This document shows, one piece after another, positions 29,817 to 39,216 of a stretch of DNA of 64,000 bases; position 1 is the stretch's first letter, and every line of letters begins with the position of its first letter. Origin of the DNA: Candidatus Hodarchaeum mangrovi (lineage in GTDB: Archaea > Asgardarchaeota > Heimdallarchaeia > Hodarchaeales > Hodarchaeaceae). The stretch is from contig JAEOUE010000209.1 in NCBI GenBank assembly GCA_016839515.1, positions 1-64,000 on the forward strand, in the 5' to 3' direction. The position numbers were made by a program, and so were the translations under genes. The notes below the pieces were generated by a model. That model ran no database searches. It saw only the letters and a program-made list of their open reading frames with translations, and was not told where the DNA came from.

Positions 29817-30863
29817 TCACCATTTTATCTTAAATAAAATCTCTCGTTCTTCTGGCGTTTTAGCAAATATACCAATATTTCCAAGTCGAAGATTAATCAA
29901 TCCTTCCCCCTTCATGACGAAATAGCTTTTCAACATCTCTTTAAAGTTAGGAGAACGATGTTTATTTAGTTGATAACTAGGAAAGAAAGCTAACAAGGTT
30001 GTAGGGATTTTAGGGTCTATTTCACTAATTAGTTTGGCAATCTGTTTGTGTTGATCAGATTCTACAATATCGGGTATATAAAGTGTTAAAACCTCAACAA
30101 TGAATTCTAAATCCTTCATAAGATCGAGAGAGCCTAAAACAGTTGTATTAGAAGGAACTCCACAAAGTTTCTGATAAGCTTGTTTGTTAAAAGCTTTAAT
30201 ATCCAGCCAAAACGCATCGATACCTCCTTCCTTAAGAACAAGAAGATTTTTACGAGTTAAAGCATAACCATTTGTTTCTAATAATACCCAAAGGCGATTC
30301 TGTGAAGATTGTTTAATTTTCGTTGCAGTTTGAGCATAGAAAGCAGGATGACAAGAGATATCTCCTCCAGTAAACGCAATAATATTTCTAGCAGGACCAA
30401 ATCCTTGAGGTGAAAGAGCTATCTGTGATTTTCTCAGTTTCTGGGGACAATACTTTGATCTAACTCCAAATAAAACACATGACCCACAATGATGGCATAG
30501 ATCTTCAGCATGATACATAGTTGCGCGATCGAAAGGTTCAAAGACTGTTACTTCCTGTAAATATTGAACACTTATTTTTGCTAACATATCGGAGCTATAC
30601 CATATGCCATTGACATGTTTAGTAAAATCGGAGCTATGGCATTTCAAACAATTATGATTACACCCACTTTGATATATCGAAAAATAATCTTCAGGACGGG
30701 AAAGATGCATAGATTTAATTAAACGGGAATAAAGTCCTTTAGAAGAATCTTTTGATCTTTTCAAAGTTACTTGACATGCTGGTAGATATTTTCCCAAGGG
30801 AGTACAGGTCAAGCATGCTCCCTGTGATACATTTTGAGATTCTAGTAGACAGTTTATAGACAC
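29817..30863 (-). CDS. Radical SAM protein (PFL-activating-like)
   Basis: CNHNCLKCH (CxxxCxxC), FTGGD, ETNG, DIKA. Confidence 0.9.
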   Translation of the reverse strand: MSINCLLESQNVSQGACLTCTPLGKYLPACQVTLKRSKDSSKGLYSRLIKSMHLSRPEDYFSIYQSGCNHNCLKCHSSDFTKHVNGIWYSSDMLAKISVQYLQEVTVFEPFDRATMYHAEDLCHHCGSCVLFGVRSKYCPQKLRKSQIALSPQGFGPARNIIAFTGGDISCHPAFYAQTATKIKQSSQNRLWVLLETNGYALTRKNLLVLKEGGIDAFWLDIKAFNKQAYQKLCGVPSNTTVLGSLDLMKDLEFIVEVLTLYIPDIVESDQHKQIAKLISEIDPKIPTTLLAFFPSYQLNKHRSPNFKEMLKSYFVMKGEGLINLRLGNIGIFAKTPEEREILFKIKW

Positions 30864-30946
30864 AATACTACTAAAACAACATTTGATATTTAAATATTTA
30901 AGTAAAATGAAAATAAAAGCAAATAAAAATTATGCTTTGTAGGAAA

Positions 30947-31405
30947 TTATTTTTTTCTCTTGCTTTTATTTAATATCTTCATCAATCCAGCCGGAAACAA
31001 TGGAGTTTCAGGGTTGGTAAAAAAGAATGAAATGGATTTCCAGACTATCTTAAAATTTCCCCACCCATCATTTTTTTCAAATCCAGTTATTTCATTTTTA
31101 GTATAAATATGAATATTGTGAAATTTTCCATCAAATGCAAAATCAATCTCATGTCCTTTCACTCCATGGTACCTAAAGATGTTTTCTAGGATTCCCAAAT
31201 GTTTGATTTAATAAATAGGTTCATAAATTTCTTCAAGTATCTCTCTTTTTAAAGCTGCTTCCGCAGATTCACCAAATTTTATTTCCCCTCCCAGAGGACG
31301 ATAGAAAATAAGGTTTCTAATATCATCTTTAACTTCAGCGACGAGAATTTGTCTATTATGTTAGGAAATATAAATTACATTAGGATAAATAGATTGTTTA
31401 ATCAT
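30947..31405 (-). pseudogene. NUDIX hydrolase pseudogene with two in-frame TAA stops
   Basis: ATG 31405; GGEIKFGESAEAALKREILEE Nudix box; TAA at 31361-31363 and 31208-31210 in the frame of the 83-aa ORF. Confidence 0.85.
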
Positions 31406-31519
31406 GGTTGTTTTAGAAAAAATTTCTCTTTGAAAAAATATTTTATGTTGTTGCTTTAGGTAAAAGTTTACATAGCTGAAGAACTTATTTTTAATAAGAA
31501 TGAAGAAGTAGATAATATG

Positions 31520-31962
31520 TTAGGAGGGGGGAGGGAGGGAATCCTGCAGTTTTAGAAAAGAATTTCCTGTTCTGCAGAATTCCATATTTTTTATTTCTTT
31601 TTTCGCCCTCTCGGCGCATTATGATGTCTTGTACAAATACTTGACATCATTTTAAGCTTATCATTCTTGTCTTAATATAGTTTTTTGCTTTTCAATTCGA
31701 AAAAGTCGTTTTGTTTTTCCTTTTCTAATTTTTTTTTTGGTATCTTCTACTTCTTCTGTGGCTTTTCTCATCTATCTTCATTATTTTTTCATAATCTGGT
31801 TCCTCTTTACCAATCTTTTTCGAAATTTTTTTATATGTTCAATTTACGAGTGTTTTTTGAGGCGAATTTCAGTGTGGGATTACCAAATGCTTCCTTTATG
31901 AATATCCCTCCTTATTACCACGATCTATTGTACTGCGATCTCGCCTGTCATTGGTGTCTTTA
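31520..31962 (-). ncRNA. Candidate large structured non-coding RNA (unknown family; strand inferred)
   Basis: At least five stems plus long-range complementarity in a region without a credible ORF; TTATAA at 31986-31991. Confidence 0.45.
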
Positions 31963-32047
31963 GCTTTGTTTACTTTTATTTCTAATTATAATCTTTTATT
32001 GTGTTTAAGGTGGTTAACCTCAATAATCTGTCATAATACCATAGGAT

Positions 32048-34147
32048 GTGACAAAATTGGAAAGCTTTTATGGAAAGAAATTTGTAGTATGTTCTGCTTG
32101 GCCATATGTTAATGCAGTTCCTCATCTTGGGACAGTTCTTCATTTATTGGGTGCTGATATCTATGTTCGGTACCTTACTCTTCGTGGTGCAGATGTAATA
32201 TCTGCAACAGGATCTGATTGTCATGGAACCCCTATTTCTGTTGCTGCACTAAATGAAGGAGTTTCACCTCAAGAATTAGTAGAGAAAAATCATGAAAAAA
32301 TTGTATCACTACTGGAGAAATGGAATATTAATCTTAATTATAGCAAGACTGCTAACCCTTTTCATTATAAGTGGGTACAAGATTTTTATCACCGAAGTTA
32401 TGAGAATGGTTATATTTTTTCAGAGGAAATTGAACAGCTTTATTGTGAGTATGACGAACAATTTCTTCCAGATCGTTTTGTTGAGGGAAAATGTCCTTAT
32501 TGTGGAACTGCGGGAGCAAGAGGGGATCAATGTGACGCACCAAACTGTGGTAAGCCTCTAAATCCCATTGAGCTACTTGATCCACTGTGTAAAATTTGTG
32601 GAAAATCTCCAAAAGTTAAACCTACTACTCAATGGTATTATGATTTCTCTCAATTTCAAGAGATTCTAGAAAAGTACATTCGTCAAAATCATCAACTTCC
32701 TGAAAATGCTAGACGATTCTCAGAAAATATTCTTGAGGAAGGAATAAAACCACGAACTTTAACTCGTGATCTATCTTGGGGAATTCCTGCAGATAAAGCT
32801 ATTCCTGGAGCTGAAGGAAAGTCTATTTATGTTTGGTTAGAAGCTGTTCTAGGGTATGTTTCAGCTTCAGCTGAATTAGGAGTTAATAAATATAATGATC
32901 CAGATTTTTGGAAGAAATACTGGTTAGATCAATCAACACGAACTATATTTTTTATTGGAAAGGACAATATTTTCTTTCATACACTTCTATTTCCTGCCTT
33001 ACTTTTAGGCGTAAAAGATAGTTATGGAGCTCCCTTTGTTCTTCCTTATAATGTTAGTACAACTGAATTCTTACTTTTCGATGAACAAAAATTTAGTAAA
33101 TCATTAGGAATTGGCATCTGGATTGATGATGCTGCTGAATTATTACCTACTGATTATTGGCGTTATTATTTAGCTGCTACACGACCAGAAATACGCGATT
33201 CGACCTTTTTATGGGAGGATTTTGAACAAAGGATAAATAGTGATCTAAATGATGTTCTGGGAAACTATATTCATCGTGTACTTGTATTACTACACAAGTA
33301 CTTTGAAGGGAAAATTCCAGAGTGTCATCGATTAGATAAGGATGATCGTGATTTTGTTGAAGTAATTAACGCGATTCCTGATACTGTTGCAGAATATTTT
33401 GACCAATTTGAATTCAGAAAAGCTGTTAATGCTATTATTGAGTTTACAAGAGCAGCTAATGGGTATCTTAGTTTGAAAGAACCTTGGAAAACTATTGAAA
33501 CTGATAAAACCTCTGTTGAAACGACTCTTTCACTCTGTACCCAATCACTTCGATCTTTGGCGATTCTATTGGCTCCTATTCTTCCAAGTATTTGTACAAC
33601 TTTATGGTCTATTCTGAATCAAGAAGGAGAAGTTCACAATCAACTATTAGAGAACGCAGGGAAATTAATTCTTCAACCTGGTACAACAGTAAAAGAATCC
33701 GAACCTCTATTTTTTAAAATAGAAATACTAGAACTTCAAAATAAACTTAAAAAGCTTAGAGAGGAGAAATTAAAAATGAAATCTAATAAAACAATTAAAT
33801 CTACAACCAAAAAATCAGACTTAATCCCTTTAGAGGATTTTCAAAAAATAGATATTCGAATCGGAACAATCATAGCTGTTGAAAAAATTCCTAAAGCAGA
33901 TAAACTGTTAAAACTCCAAATTAATCTCGGTTCGGAGGTTGGAAATCGTCAAATAGTGGCTGGTATCGCTACGTTCCGAGAGCCTAAGAAATTAATTGGA
34001 CAACGAATTGTAGTGATTATTAATTTGGAACCTGCAACAATTAGAGGGGTTCAATCTGAAGGTATGTTACTTGCTGCGGTTGATGGAAAAAAACTAGGGC
34101 TTCTTGTTCCAGACATTGAAGTTTCCAATGGAACTCGAATTAGCTAA
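32048..34147 (+). CDS. metG: Methionyl-tRNA synthetase with C-terminal tRNA-binding OB domain
   Basis: PYVN...HLG, Zn knuckles, YVW, KFSKS, SEGMLL. Confidence 0.97.
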   Translation: MTKLESFYGKKFVVCSAWPYVNAVPHLGTVLHLLGADIYVRYLTLRGADVISATGSDCHGTPISVAALNEGVSPQELVEKNHEKIVSLLEKWNINLNYSKTANPFHYKWVQDFYHRSYENGYIFSEEIEQLYCEYDEQFLPDRFVEGKCPYCGTAGARGDQCDAPNCGKPLNPIELLDPLCKICGKSPKVKPTTQWYYDFSQFQEILEKYIRQNHQLPENARRFSENILEEGIKPRTLTRDLSWGIPADKAIPGAEGKSIYVWLEAVLGYVSASAELGVNKYNDPDFWKKYWLDQSTRTIFFIGKDNIFFHTLLFPALLLGVKDSYGAPFVLPYNVSTTEFLLFDEQKFSKSLGIGIWIDDAAELLPTDYWRYYLAATRPEIRDSTFLWEDFEQRINSDLNDVLGNYIHRVLVLLHKYFEGKIPECHRLDKDDRDFVEVINAIPDTVAEYFDQFEFRKAVNAIIEFTRAANGYLSLKEPWKTIETDKTSVETTLSLCTQSLRSLAILLAPILPSICTTLWSILNQEGEVHNQLLENAGKLILQPGTTVKESEPLFFKIEILELQNKLKKLREEKLKMKSNKTIKSTTKKSDLIPLEDFQKIDIRIGTIIAVEKIPKADKLLKLQINLGSEVGNRQIVAGIATFREPKKLIGQRIVVIINLEPATIRGVQSEGMLLAAVDGKKLGLLVPDIEVSNGTRIS

Positions 34148-34207
34148 ATTTTTTAACTGCCCAAACCTCCATTTTTCCACTCACTTTCAAAATGCTGGAT
34201 TGATTGT

Positions 34208-35335
34208 ATGATAGATTGGGATTTAAGAATTTTTGATTCATCAACAAAATCCAATATTGTTAATCAATTTCAATTAACAGAGCAAGTTATGGAGATCGCA
34301 GGACAACATGGACATGCAACAATACTAAAAGATATGTATGGAGGAGAATGGTTACTAAAAATTTTTTCGAACATAATTGATTTCGAATTAAAAGAAATTC
34401 AAGATCTTGAAGTTGATATTGAAGAATCTCCTAAAGTTAATCAAGAGAGAATGCATCTTTGGCGTATTTTAAATGAATTAACTGCATCGCGTCTAGCTCA
34501 ACAACTTCGTCTTAATGTTCCTAAAGTTATCATCATTACCTCTCAGGTGATATCAGACTTTAATCTTTCCCCTCAAACTTCTCTCCCTTTAGAAGATGTG
34601 GTTATTTTTGATGATGAAGGAGCTCCTGAAACTGCAGACGAGTATTATCAATATTCAGAACGTGATCCTTATTCACTTGAAACTTCTTCGCGATTTGAGC
34701 AAATTTTAAGCGAAAAATCTAACGATAAGGTTTCTTCAAGCCCACTAGCACTTCTTATCGAAAAAATTCCAGAAAGCGTTAATTTAGACCAGTACATTGA
34801 TTCCGTTGCAACAGGTATTGATGTAGCATTCGAAGAAATTCAAAGACTAAATGATGGGTATTATTTATTACCATTTGATATTTGGTTAAATGATCCAGAT
34901 CGGAATGTAGGAAATTATCTTGTTAGAATTAATGATCAAAAGAAGGCAACACAAATATGGGGGATCGATTATGAAATGTGGGCCTTGGGATCTGATATTT
35001 GGATGGAAGAAGATGAAATTACAAAAGGAAGGAGTTATCTAACAGCAATTATTCACAATAATACTGATATTTTCGATCCACGCATAAACAAAACTATATT
35101 TAGGATTAGGAAACTTTCAGATGAAGAAATTCACTGGATGGCACGAGCACCTCAATTACTTTGTAAATATTTTGAATATCATATTTTTAAAAAGAATTTA
35201 CTCCCTGACGAACGAATTCACCTGAAACAGGTTGAAATCAATTTAGAGGACTTTTTAATTGAATCACGACCTAGATCAGACAAATTAAGTAATATTTTAA
35301 TCAAGCAAATCGGTTTACCCAGAGATTTTTCGTAA
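34208..35335 (+). CDS. HipA-like / PI3K-PI4K-superfamily atypical kinase
   Basis: WLLK, NELTAS-x-LA-x-x-L-x-L-x-VP, FDIWLNDPDRNVGN catalytic loop, GIDYE. Confidence 0.8.
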   Translation: MIDWDLRIFDSSTKSNIVNQFQLTEQVMEIAGQHGHATILKDMYGGEWLLKIFSNIIDFELKEIQDLEVDIEESPKVNQERMHLWRILNELTASRLAQQLRLNVPKVIIITSQVISDFNLSPQTSLPLEDVVIFDDEGAPETADEYYQYSERDPYSLETSSRFEQILSEKSNDKVSSSPLALLIEKIPESVNLDQYIDSVATGIDVAFEEIQRLNDGYYLLPFDIWLNDPDRNVGNYLVRINDQKKATQIWGIDYEMWALGSDIWMEEDEITKGRSYLTAIIHNNTDIFDPRINKTIFRIRKLSDEEIHWMARAPQLLCKYFEYHIFKKNLLPDERIHLKQVEINLEDFLIESRPRSDKLSNILIKQIGLPRDFS

Positions 35336-35485
35336 TAATAACTAAAATTCTTCTTATTTTTAATTTTTAACAATCTCCTGCATTTTATTCCATAATAGCT
35401 CTAATAATTTATTGGAATTATGCCTAGTTCATACTTCACTTTGAAAAATTAACAATTAAGGGGCTAGATTGTTATCTAAATTCTT

Positions 35486-36187
35486 TTAATATTTCTTTTT
35501 ATCCTCAGATGTACCTCTCACGATAGCTAAAGATGCTGATGCTCCGATTCTTGTAGCACCCGCTTTAATCATTTCTTCAGCATCTTTGCGTGTTCGTATT
35601 CCTCCTGCAGCTTTAACACCCATCTCGAATCCAACCGTTTTACGCATTAATACTATATCCTCAATTAAAGCACCAGCTGTACTAAACCCAGTAGAAGTTT
35701 TAATAAAATCTGCCCCAGCTGACTTGGCAAGTAAGCTACCCATTATAATCTGATCTTTGGTTAACAAAGCTGTTTCAAGGATCACTTTGACAATAACTTT
35801 ACCTTTGGCTGCATTTACCACTGCTTCAATGTCTTTTTCAACGAGATAATCGTTACCTGATTTAAGGGCTCCAATATTTATTACCATATCTACCTCTTGT
35901 GCACCATTTGCAATTGCGTTTCGTGTCTCAAAAGCTTTTACTTTAGATGTGGTTGCTCCTAAGGGAAAACCTATTACAGTACAGACCTTAACTTCTGACC
36001 CTTTCAGAATTTCTGCGGCAAGTACAACGTTCGTAGGGTTTATACATACTGATGCAAACCCAAAATTCTTTGCTTCTTCACAGAGCTTCTTAATTTCTTC
36101 TTCTGTTGCATCTGCTTTTAAATTTGTATGATCAATATATTTTACTATCACTTTATCATCCATAGTTTTCAACCTTTTAATCATCAA
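35486..36187 (-). CDS. deoC: Deoxyribose-phosphate aldolase
   Basis: IDHT-x-[34 protein letters not shown]. Confidence 0.97.
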   Translation of the reverse strand: MMIKRLKTMDDKVIVKYIDHTNLKADATEEEIKKLCEEAKNFGFASVCINPTNVVLAAEILKGSEVKVCTVIGFPLGATTSKVKAFETRNAIANGAQEVDMVINIGALKSGNDYLVEKDIEAVVNAAKGKVIVKVILETALLTKDQIIMGSLLAKSAGADFIKTSTGFSTAGALIEDIVLMRKTVGFEMGVKAAGGIRTRKDAEEMIKAGATRIGASASLAIVRGTSEDKKKY

Positions 36188-36373
36188 ATGTTTCTTAATC
36201 TGATTGCTTTAGTATTAGTTTGAATGATTTTGAATTAATATTGTAGGTTCTACTGAAAATTATTATTCTGGAGTTAGCTATGATTTTAAAGTGGCATATT
36301 TTTGAGGTTTTATCATTTTATGTAATTCAAATTTGTGTTGTAATATGCAAGATGTTAATGGAGAAATCACTAT

Positions 36374-37339
36374 ATGATCAGGGGATTCTCAAAATTAATT
36401 GGATATAATTGTCTTAATTGTCATTATAAGTGCTGTGCAAGTGAGTACGACTTACCATTATTTCAGGATGAGAAGAACAATATTTGCGAGAAATATTCAT
36501 ATCTTTTACCATATTTTCAAAGTAAAAATTCACAATTTTTCCTTAAACGTGGTGATGGATGTCCATTTCTGACACTAGAAGGTAAATGTATCCTTCACCA
36601 TACATCTTATAAACCCCTCACTTGCCAAACCTATCCATTAATATTTTGCAGGATAGATCAAAAAAATCTTTTGGTCTGGATTAACCCATGTCGAGGTAAT
36701 TCGTTTGATTGGGTGGCAGACCAAAAATACCACATTAAGAATAAAGATATTGAGGATTTAATTGCAAAGATCAGTAATAGATATAATAATTATTGGGGTG
36801 AAGAGATTGATTATAATAATCCTTTTCAAAAAATAAAGAGAGAGAGGATAGATCAAGAAATAGAATTTCAAAGACAAATGAAACCTCAAATCCTTATGAA
36901 TTCACTCGAATTAACCTCAAAAACATTTAAGGATCGAAATATAGATTTTCTTATTGAAAATTTTAATTCAGAGTTGAACAACGAAAAAGAGGTTTATTCA
37001 TATCAAATTCTAGAATCTGTTTTTGAATGGTTATGCTGGAGTCCAATTGGATTACAGCTTTCATTTTTAAATTCAAAATTTATTTTTTCTTTAGCTTCTC
37101 TCTATCTTTATTTGATAGGTTTTGTTGAATTAAATAAAAGTACAAATCTTTCTTATGATTCACGTTTAGCTCAAAATTATGGATCATTATTAGCTCGTTC
37201 GATTCTTCCAGAATTTTGGGGTCATTTTTATTCTCATTCAACAGATGAAAAACTTAAAAGATTATTTAAACTAATTTCGGCAATTCTTAGTGGAGATGCA
37301 TCTCAAGAAAAGCTCAATCAAGGAAAACTTGAAAAATAG
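36374..37339 (+). CDS. YkgJ-family (CxxCxxxCC) Zn/Fe-chelating protein
   Basis: CLNCHYKCC, CPFL, C-x-LH, KP-x-x-C-x-x-YP. Confidence 0.8.
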   Translation: MIRGFSKLIGYNCLNCHYKCCASEYDLPLFQDEKNNICEKYSYLLPYFQSKNSQFFLKRGDGCPFLTLEGKCILHHTSYKPLTCQTYPLIFCRIDQKNLLVWINPCRGNSFDWVADQKYHIKNKDIEDLIAKISNRYNNYWGEEIDYNNPFQKIKRERIDQEIEFQRQMKPQILMNSLELTSKTFKDRNIDFLIENFNSELNNEKEVYSYQILESVFEWLCWSPIGLQLSFLNSKFIFSLASLYLYLIGFVELNKSTNLSYDSRLAQNYGSLLARSILPEFWGHFYSHSTDEKLKRLFKLISAILSGDASQEKLNQGKLEK

Positions 37340-37450
37340 TTTATAAGACTAATTTTTTGAAAAATATTCTATCTATTTGGATAAAGAAAACTTTTGAACT
37401 TGTATTTAAATCGTACTATAGAAGTTTATTAATGTAAAGGAAGATTTTAA

Positions 37451-37633
37451 ATGGCTGGAAGTCACGGTTCTCTTACCAAAGCGGGTAAAGTTCGAAATCA
37501 AACCCCTAAAGTCGAAGCTAGAACCCGTAAAGGGCTTATCCCAAGTCAACGGAATAAGAAAAATTATATCAAACGAATTGAAAGGGAAATACCTGTTGGG
37601 CAACCCGAATTTCGAAGAGATTCAGGTATGTAA
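37451..37633 (+). CDS. rps30e: Ribosomal protein eS30
   Basis: HGSLTKAGKVRNQTPKV signature. Confidence 0.96.
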   Translation: MAGSHGSLTKAGKVRNQTPKVEARTRKGLIPSQRNKKNYIKRIEREIPVGQPEFRRDSGM

Positions 37634-37649
37634 TTATTTTTTCCTTTTT

Positions 37650-37952
37650 TCATAAATCCCTTTTAACCCTTAATCCACAACGTTCGCAATAGCGGGACTC
37701 CATAACTAATCCATATCCACATTTAGAACAATATCGAATAGATGATTGTTTTTTCTTTTTTTCCTGGGTTTCAAATTCAGCCCATGCAGATTTATATGGA
37801 TTAACTCCTTTTTTATCTGCGAATTCAAACCAGAATGATTTTTTACTAGATTTTTTACCTTCAGAAGGAGTTTTTGATCTCGCTAACTTTTGCACCTCAC
37901 GGTTAATCTTTCGTGTATAATTTGAGTAACCTAACTTAAAAAAGATTATCAT
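37650..37952 (-). CDS. Small basic zinc-ribbon protein (true start probably downstream of ORF start)
   Basis: C-terminal CSKCG...CERCG. Confidence 0.65.
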   Translation of the reverse strand: MIIFFKLGYSNYTRKINREVQKLARSKTPSEGKKSSKKSFWFEFADKKGVNPYKSAWAEFETQEKKKKQSSIRYCSKCGYGLVMESRYCERCGLRVKRDL

Positions 37953-38106
37953 GGAAGAACTTGTATTTATTCATGAATATTATTAAATTTCATCCTCAAA
38001 TAATCCAGGAATAATAAGAATGATTTTCATCACTATGAAAGATAATTTTTGAACTTAATCCTTGATGCTAAAGAATTGATATAAACAATTTATGTTAAAA
38101 TTTAGA

Positions 38107-38205
38107 TAGCGGCTGGAGGATTTGAACCGTCCGATCTCGGGGTCTCTCACGTTTTGATAGGCACGTTATGAGCCCCGCGGGATAACCTAGCTACCCTAAG
38201 CCGCT
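38107..38205 (-). tRNA. Initiator tRNA-Met(CAT) with 23-nt intron at 37/38 (38144-38166)
   Basis: A1-U72, GGG/CCC anticodon stem, CAT anticodon, TTCAAAT T-loop, canonical BHB (CUCA/UGAG helix). Confidence 0.95.
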
Positions 38206-38303
38206 TTTTGATTAAAAATTGCATATTCAGCCAAGATAATCGCTAAGAGTCTAGTTGAACATAACACTTGTTTTCTTTTTTAAGGATTGATATAATGTAA
38301 ATT

Positions 38304-38660
38304 TCAATCAAAGAAGAATGCTTTATATTCTGCATCCTGCTGTAACAATTCAGTGACTTGAAGTCCCAAAGGAGTTAATTGCCATCCTTTCTCACCTCTT
38401 TCGACTAATCCCATCTCTAAAAGGGATCTACTATATTTTCCTGTTCTAATATGACTTCTTACGGTGTCCAATCCAACACCAATAATTTTACTTAATCTCT
38501 TATAACCCACTGAATCACGGTATAGTTCAATTAATATTCGTTTCTTTGTTCGTCCTAATCGATCTTTTATCTGTTGTGGATCTTGTGATATTTCATCATC
38601 AAAATCCTCTGACTGATCTAAATCATTTTCATTTAAGTTTGAGGGTTTTTTCTCATTCAT
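38304..38660 (-). CDS. Winged-helix DNA-binding protein with acidic N-terminus
   Basis: LSKIIGV-x-x-DTVRSHI HTH; GLV...W-x-LT-x-x-G wing. Confidence 0.8.
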   Translation of the reverse strand: MNEKKPSNLNENDLDQSEDFDDEISQDPQQIKDRLGRTKKRILIELYRDSVGYKRLSKIIGVGLDTVRSHIRTGKYSRSLLEMGLVERGEKGWQLTPLGLQVTELLQQDAEYKAFFFD

Positions 38661-38696
38661 CTTCCAATCCCTAGATTGAATTCCTCTTACTTAAAG

Positions 38697-38999
38697 CTAA
38701 CGTCTTATTAACTCGACACGTTTAGATCTGGGACGACTCCGTGACCATTTTTTCCCACATTCTCCACAAGTTAACCGAAGATCTACTTTCTTAGTTGTTT
38801 TTGTTGTCATATTTCTTGAGGCTATAGGTCTTCTAGAATAACGTCCATGATTACCTATTCTTGATGTCCATCGTTCTGCTCTTCGACTACCCTGATTCAT
38901 TCCTCCTCCACGTTGTTTTGCTTTTTCTATTTTAACATTATGAGGGGTATGTTTGTTACAGTTTCGGCAAAAAGTACGCATTTTGGCTGGTATTTTCAT
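38697..38999 (-). CDS. rpl44e: Ribosomal protein eL42 (L44e)
   Basis: RTFC-x-x-C-x-KHT-x-H, K-x-TKK-x-x-LRL-x-C-x-x-C. Confidence 0.95.
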   Translation of the reverse strand: MKIPAKMRTFCRNCNKHTPHNVKIEKAKQRGGGMNQGSRRAERWTSRIGNHGRYSRRPIASRNMTTKTTKKVDLRLTCGECGKKWSRSRPRSKRVELIRR

Positions 39000-39216
39000 T
39001 TAAGAAATACTCCTTAGGAAATATAGTAATTCTATCTTTATTTTTCCGATAGACGTCAATATGTTCAATTTTTACTTTATGTTAAAAGTTAAGTGATTAC
39101 TTCATTAGGAAATTTCTTATTTATCTAATACGAATAGTATAACTGTCGATTGGAAAATAAGAATCTTCCATGTTACAGATAAAATTGTTCAGAAAAATCC
39201 TTCCATGTGATGATAT

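Noticed and set aside
31591-31650. 19-aa minus-strand ORF MMSSICTRHHNAPRGRKKK
   Set aside because: Too short to support, and it coincides with two hairpins of the candidate RNA; a leader peptide cannot be fully excluded
31685-31963. 92-aa Phe-rich plus-strand ORF
   Set aside because: Composition reflects poly-T tracts; no motifs; region better explained as non-coding
32005-32022. AAGGTGGTTAACC resembling a T-box upstream of metG
   Set aside because: Does not match the UGGNACC bulge, no specifier stem or antiterminator was found, and T-boxes are not established in archaea
37971-38035. Possible second C/D sRNA (GTGATGA...GGATGA...ATGA) on the minus strand downstream of tRNA-iMet
   Set aside because: No CTGA D box, irregular spacing, and the AT-rich guides match no conserved rRNA sequence I recognise
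39035-39165. Imperfect inverted repeat between rpl44e and the signal peptidase gene
   Set aside because: Several mismatches in AT-rich sequence and no target-site duplication or second copy
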